Under the pieces are notes generated by a model. It had not been told where the DNA came from. It ran no database searches and worked only from the letters and a program-made list of their open reading frames with translations. 64,000 bases of DNA. Origin: Candidatus Bathyarchaeia archaeon (GTDB lineage: Archaea; Thermoproteota; Bathyarchaeia; Bathyarchaeales; Bathycorpusculaceae). A program made the position numbers and the translations under genes. The number at the start of each line of letters is the position of its first letter. The stretch's first letter is position 1. Positions 59,803 through 64,000 of this stretch are shown here, in pieces. Location of the stretch: positions 1-64,000 of the forward strand of contig JBEKGO010000001.1 of the NCBI GenBank assembly GCA_050012755.1. Reading direction: 5' to 3'.

Positions 59803-61410
59803 TTATCCTGTAAAGTTTAAAATGAAAATTCGCCTTGGGTTTGCGCCAAATGTGGCTTGATCTGATATTCCAGAAAAGTTGCCTGAATAATATATTTGCT
59901 CATAGACTTGATGCAGGTTAAGTGTTGTATTGAAGTACGGCACAGTAGCCCCATATTCGTACATGAAAACGAATTTTACATTATCCTGCCTGCATAAACC
60001 AATAAACTCAGTTAGGTTGAAGGTGGGCGTGTAAGTATCAACTGGCAACGCAGGGTACTGATAGGTCCTGATTTGGGGTGCGCCATCTGCCCAGAGGTAA
60101 AAGCTTACCATGTCTTGGCTAAAGTAGTTATAGGGGCATAGAAGGATTATCGACTGGTTTGATGGATCGTGTGCTAGTGCATAGCTTGTTGCCTGCCCGA
60201 TTTCGATGTTGATGTCATTTTGTTTGACATTATAATAGATGTCATAAATACTGTTAGCCATCGCTACAGACATGAATATAATCAACGAGGCAGCGGCAAC
60301 TTTAGCGGCTTTCTTCCTGTTTATCTTTACACTGTGCATCCAAGTATTGTGCAACTTATCGTAGACAAACAATACAAGAACTGAAGCGGAGATTGCCAAA
60401 GCTGGAAACAACGTTAAAACGTAGCGCCATTCCCGATTGGATATCAAAGTGAAAAACACAAAAACGCTAATGAACCAGACGAAAACAAACTTGTCTTCCC
60501 TCTTTCGTCGCCAAACAAACAAGCCTAAGCCAGTTAAACCTACAATATAGAGAAGAAGAGAAACGGGATGTACATCACTATATGGCCAAGTCATTTCTAT
60601 CAGGTAGAATATTGGGATTGGAAAGCGAACGCTGTAGAGTGACCTTCCAGGATTCCCCATCTGCAAAGCGTACATCCATTGGCTCCAGACGTACGAAGCA
60701 AGAACATGATAGACAATTAAAAGCCACGGAACAATCACTGCAAGCGCTGCAACGATTAAGATTGTAAACCTTGAAAACAACCGCTTAAGTTGACCCCACC
60801 CTAGAATCAACATGCTGACGACCATGACTGCAACGGCAGCAACGACTTGATACTTGGTTAAGAAACCAAATCCTAAAGCCAAACCGCTGAAAACTAACAT
60901 CCAATTTTTTCGGCTAATTAGCCAGCGGTAAAAGAAAAACAAGGACAACGTGAAAAAGAAAACAAGCATTATTTCAAGCAAAGCCAGGCGAGAGAGCCAA
61001 AAATAACCAGGCATGATTGCCAAAAGAACTGCTGAAATTAAGGCAGCTTTTCTCCCATACAGACTATAAGCTAATTCAAAAACTACCCAAAGGGAAAGGA
61101 TGCTAAAAACGGCAGAGACAAGTCTGGCCGAGAAAAGACTTGCGCCAAATAAATCGAAGGAAACTGTGGTGAAGACTGAATAGAGCGGAGGGTAGAACGA
61201 GTCACGTACAAAATTGTTGTATAAGCCATGTTTTAATTCCATTGCCCCTGTTAAGCGGGTGACTTCGTCCCAATTCATAGGCTGATTGGAGAGAAGCAGC
61301 AATAACACAACAAAATATATGAGCGCGAGAATCAGAAAGGCAACTCGCCACTTGTTTAAGGCTGCCTTCAGCTGAGCTAAAAGAGGTCTTGAATTAGATT
61401 TATCAATCAT
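59803..61410 (-). CDS. ArnT/PMT-family (GT39/GT83) glycosyltransferase
   Basis: WDE, YPPLY, ARL, LTKY, RY; multi-TM. Confidence 0.85.
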   Translation of the reverse strand: MIDKSNSRPLLAQLKAALNKWRVAFLILALIYFVVLLLLLSNQPMNWDEVTRLTGAMELKHGLYNNFVRDSFYPPLYSVFTTVSFDLFGASLFSARLVSAVFSILSLWVVFELAYSLYGRKAALISAVLLAIMPGYFWLSRLALLEIMLVFFFTLSLFFFYRWLISRKNWMLVFSGLALGFGFLTKYQVVAAVAVMVVSMLILGWGQLKRLFSRFTILIVAALAVIVPWLLIVYHVLASYVWSQWMYALQMGNPGRSLYSVRFPIPIFYLIEMTWPYSDVHPVSLLLYIVGLTGLGLFVWRRKREDKFVFVWFISVFVFFTLISNREWRYVLTLFPALAISASVLVLFVYDKLHNTWMHSVKINRKKAAKVAAASLIIFMSVAMANSIYDIYYNVKQNDINIEIGQATSYALAHDPSNQSIILLCPYNYFSQDMVSFYLWADGAPQIRTYQYPALPVDTYTPTFNLTEFIGLCRQDNVKFVFMYEYGATVPYFNTTLNLHQVYEQIYYSGNFSGISDQATFGANPRRIFILNFTG

Positions 61411-61905
61411 TGTTCTCAGCGCTACAAAGCCTGTTTTCTCAAACTATGAAAAGCATTCGATATAAAATCTTCCTAATTGCAACATTTAAGAGCTCAATTG
61501 GCAAGTGAGAAACGCTAAAGTTCATATGAATAAATTACAGTCACACGAATAGAAGGGTTCCTCTCGCTTTCTTCCTTCTATTCTATGACAAGGGTAGCAT
61601 GAAAAGGTAACAGAGCTACAAGAAATAGCGTGTTGATTCGGCTCATCAGTGTAGACTGTTACCGCTATCCTATTAATGAAAATAATCAGGCATACTTTGA
61701 AAACCACTATTTCTTTTTCTTGGTTTTTGCGTAAAATGTGACTTTCTTGTTCCCTTTTTAGGCATTTTTTCCCCTTATTTCAATAAACCGTTTGGCTATA
61801 ATAGTTTTTAGCTTATTCTTTTTATGTTATTTGAAACAGCCGAAAATGTTATAGCTGAATCAAAAGAATTGATAAGATGAACCGAATTCAAAGAAGTGAT
61901 TTTAG

Positions 61906-62046
61906 GTGTCATACAAGAAAACTCCAAAACCGAAGGCTCGAAGAAAGAAAGTCTCTTTTTACGCTACCGTGAAAAAACCAAAACGAGTAAAAGTCACTTT
62001 TTACGCCCGAAGAAAAACAACCGCAACTAAGAAGAAAAGGAAGTAA
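61906..62046 (+). CDS. 46-aa Lys/Arg-rich peptide with duplicated KV(S/T)FYA motif
   Basis: GTG start; SYKKTPKPKARRKKVSFYATVKKPKRVKVTFYARRKTTATKKKRK*. Confidence 0.55.
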   Translation: MSYKKTPKPKARRKKVSFYATVKKPKRVKVTFYARRKTTATKKKRK

Positions 62047-62052
62047 GCATAT

Positions 62053-62523
62053 TTGGGTAAGGTTAGCCAATACCACAGCAACATAGAAAAAGGCATCATT
62101 GCGTTTGGCAAGAAACGCAAACGGTTTAGTAAAATCTGTGGTAGCAATATACCAATTCACATAAATCATCCGACAAAGAAAATGTATCCGATTATCTATC
62201 GCCCAGATATTCAATTTGTTACCAAAGTTGGTAAGCGACTTATCTTTGAGGTTTTGGATAGTGAAATACGAGATTCTAACCTCATAATTGCTGATATACT
62301 GCAAGCTTGTTTGTCACCAAACACTTCAGATGTTATTTTCACCGTTCCAAAAGAAGAAGACCAAGACAAAGTAAGTGATTTATACCAAACAGTAACGGAT
62401 AATCTGATTAGCAAGGGAATCAGTAAGAAAGACTTGCCGAGATTCTACGTTTACTTCATATTAAGAAGTGAAGCCAAGACTCCTGAAAGTGTGACAGAAA
62501 TCTTTGTTGATTTGTTTCAATGA
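62053..62523 (+). CDS. PD-(D/E)xK-like nuclease-fold protein
   Basis: H...YRPDI...LIFEV pattern. Confidence 0.5.
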   Translation: MGKVSQYHSNIEKGIIAFGKKRKRFSKICGSNIPIHINHPTKKMYPIIYRPDIQFVTKVGKRLIFEVLDSEIRDSNLIIADILQACLSPNTSDVIFTVPKEEDQDKVSDLYQTVTDNLISKGISKKDLPRFYVYFILRSEAKTPESVTEIFVDLFQ

Positions 62524-62548
62524 GACAAGGGAATTAATCTACTGTTAT

Positions 62549-63089
62549 CTCAAAACAAAGAGAAAGAACTATTCTTTTTTCTGTGTTTTTTCTTAGGTAC
62601 TGGTTTTGGTACATTCTTTAGTTCTTTGGAAATCTGCTCATTGGTAATTCTTTAGCCAAAGCGTTCACATACTGACGCTTAGTTGGAGCTATAATGGTAT
62701 CGCTCAAGAAACTTCTTCTACCTTACTCTTCAATTTGATGTTGTGATTCTTTGCGAGAAACTTGAGTTCTCTCATACTTAGTTTGGCAAGAGCTTTCTTT
62801 GAATCATCTTCAGGGGACTTTATGCCAAGTGCTCTTCTTGCTTGTTTCAGCGTTAGTGTTCTCATTGATTTATTGCAAAGCGAACAAAGCAAAATTGCAT
62901 TCTGTAGATTCAGTTTTCCACCCTTTGAATGTGCCAAATCATGACCTATTTCAAAATTGAAAGGATCAACTCTTTCGTTGCATAATCGGCAAATGCCTTT
63001 ATCTCTTATGAAAATCATTTTCTTCAAGGCTTGAGTTGGCTTGGGTCTTTTCTTTTCTTTTCTTCTTCAAAGAACAATTATGTCCCCAT
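62549..63089 (-). pseudogene. HNH endonuclease domain protein, apparently frameshifted
   Basis: RDKGICRLC..GH..AHSKGG..N..LC.LCN. Plausible coding continues in shifted frames at both ends. Confidence 0.65.
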
Positions 63090-63355
63090 TTTTGAAATAG
63101 GTCTTTAAATTTAAATAATTTTGGTAGAGTTTGGTTTTTCAAATTACAAGTTTTCATTGATGATAAGTCTTAAATCTGCACGGCGTTGAATAAACTATGT
63201 ATAATATTTTGACTTTTTGGCAATTTTAATCAGTTGATTAATTGGAATTTTTTGTCTTGTCTGTCCTTCGCAGTTCAACATGCTGAAAAATAGATTCATG
63301 ATTCATAAAGTATATTTTCTATTCTACAATTAACCAAATACAAAGAAAGTTAACT

Positions 63356-63739
63356 ATGCATTATAGGACTCTATTTGAAATGTTCACATGTGAATATTGT
63401 GGTCAAGAATACCGATTCGTGCACACTTGTTATGAGCAGCAACCTCAAAAAGTCAAAGACAGGTATGAAAAGCCCTTCAAACAAGCAACTGAAAAAAAAC
63501 TGAATATGGTTATAGTTGATGGTCTTTTAAGTCAAGCTGATAATTATGTTAGGTCAAGCCAAAAATACGGGTTCTCTTTGAAAGACACGATTACCACAAA
63601 TGGGGCATTCGGAATAGAATCAGCAAAATTCGTCTTTGAATTGACACCGAAAACAGAAGGCACTATTCGATATTGTCAATATTGTGGAACAGTTAGAGAT
63701 ATAAGCAAAACTCCACTTTGCCCTAAATGTGGTGCGTAA
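63356..63739 (+). CDS. Zn-ribbon protein
   Basis: CEYC..HTC, CQYC, CPKC. Confidence 0.6.
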   Translation: MHYRTLFEMFTCEYCGQEYRFVHTCYEQQPQKVKDRYEKPFKQATEKKLNMVIVDGLLSQADNYVRSSQKYGFSLKDTITTNGAFGIESAKFVFELTPKTEGTIRYCQYCGTVRDISKTPLCPKCGA

Positions 63740-63817
63740 TAGGTTTTCTTATTCTGGGTATTGTAGGTTTTCACCACACATAGGACACGTTAAAGGCAGT
63801 TTCTTTTGGATTGCACC

Positions 63818-63985
63818 TTACTCTTTGATACGGTAATATGCTATTCCTAAAATGATTAGGACAGCTATACATGAAACCGATACGATAATTCCAAGGATTC
63901 CAGCAATTACGGAAAGAACAATGCCACCAAAAATAAGGAAAGCAACAAGAGCTATAGCAACATACGCAATTGCATCTTTCTTCAT
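63818..63985 (-). CDS. 55-aa 2-TM membrane peptide
   Basis: MKKDAIAYVAIALVAFLIFGG...LGIAYYRIKE*. Confidence 0.5.
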   Translation of the reverse strand: MKKDAIAYVAIALVAFLIFGGIVLSVIAGILGIIVSVSCIAVLIILGIAYYRIKE

Positions 63986-64000
63986 CCTTATTCCATGATA

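Overview
Archaeal chromosomal window. Gene content and style suggest Bathyarchaeia or another TACK lineage (inference only). Housekeeping genes include ino1, PGI/PMI, a SPOUT methyltransferase, rpl12, mdh, pyrB, DNA ligase, trxA, nadA, a NikR/HoxN nickel locus, several ABC transporters, two-component genes, tRNA-Ala(GGC) and a two-intron tRNA-Trp. A ~14.3 kb integrative element (9428-23700) sits in the 3' end of rpl12; it encodes two tyrosine recombinases, an MCM-like helicase and an aspartic protease/DUF5678-like pair. Highlights: (1) a non-coding array at ~30.4-31.2 kb of five ungapped 63-bp repeats, each preceded by a tract of 10-bp-period micro-repeats with its own motif; (2) an ArsR-HTH + ATP-cone + class III RNR fold protein that has lost its catalytic residues; (3) the att architecture and internal inverted repeats of the element; (4) the tRNA-Trp with a C/D-guide-like intron plus a 43/44 intron. 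All calls are by eye, with no database searches.
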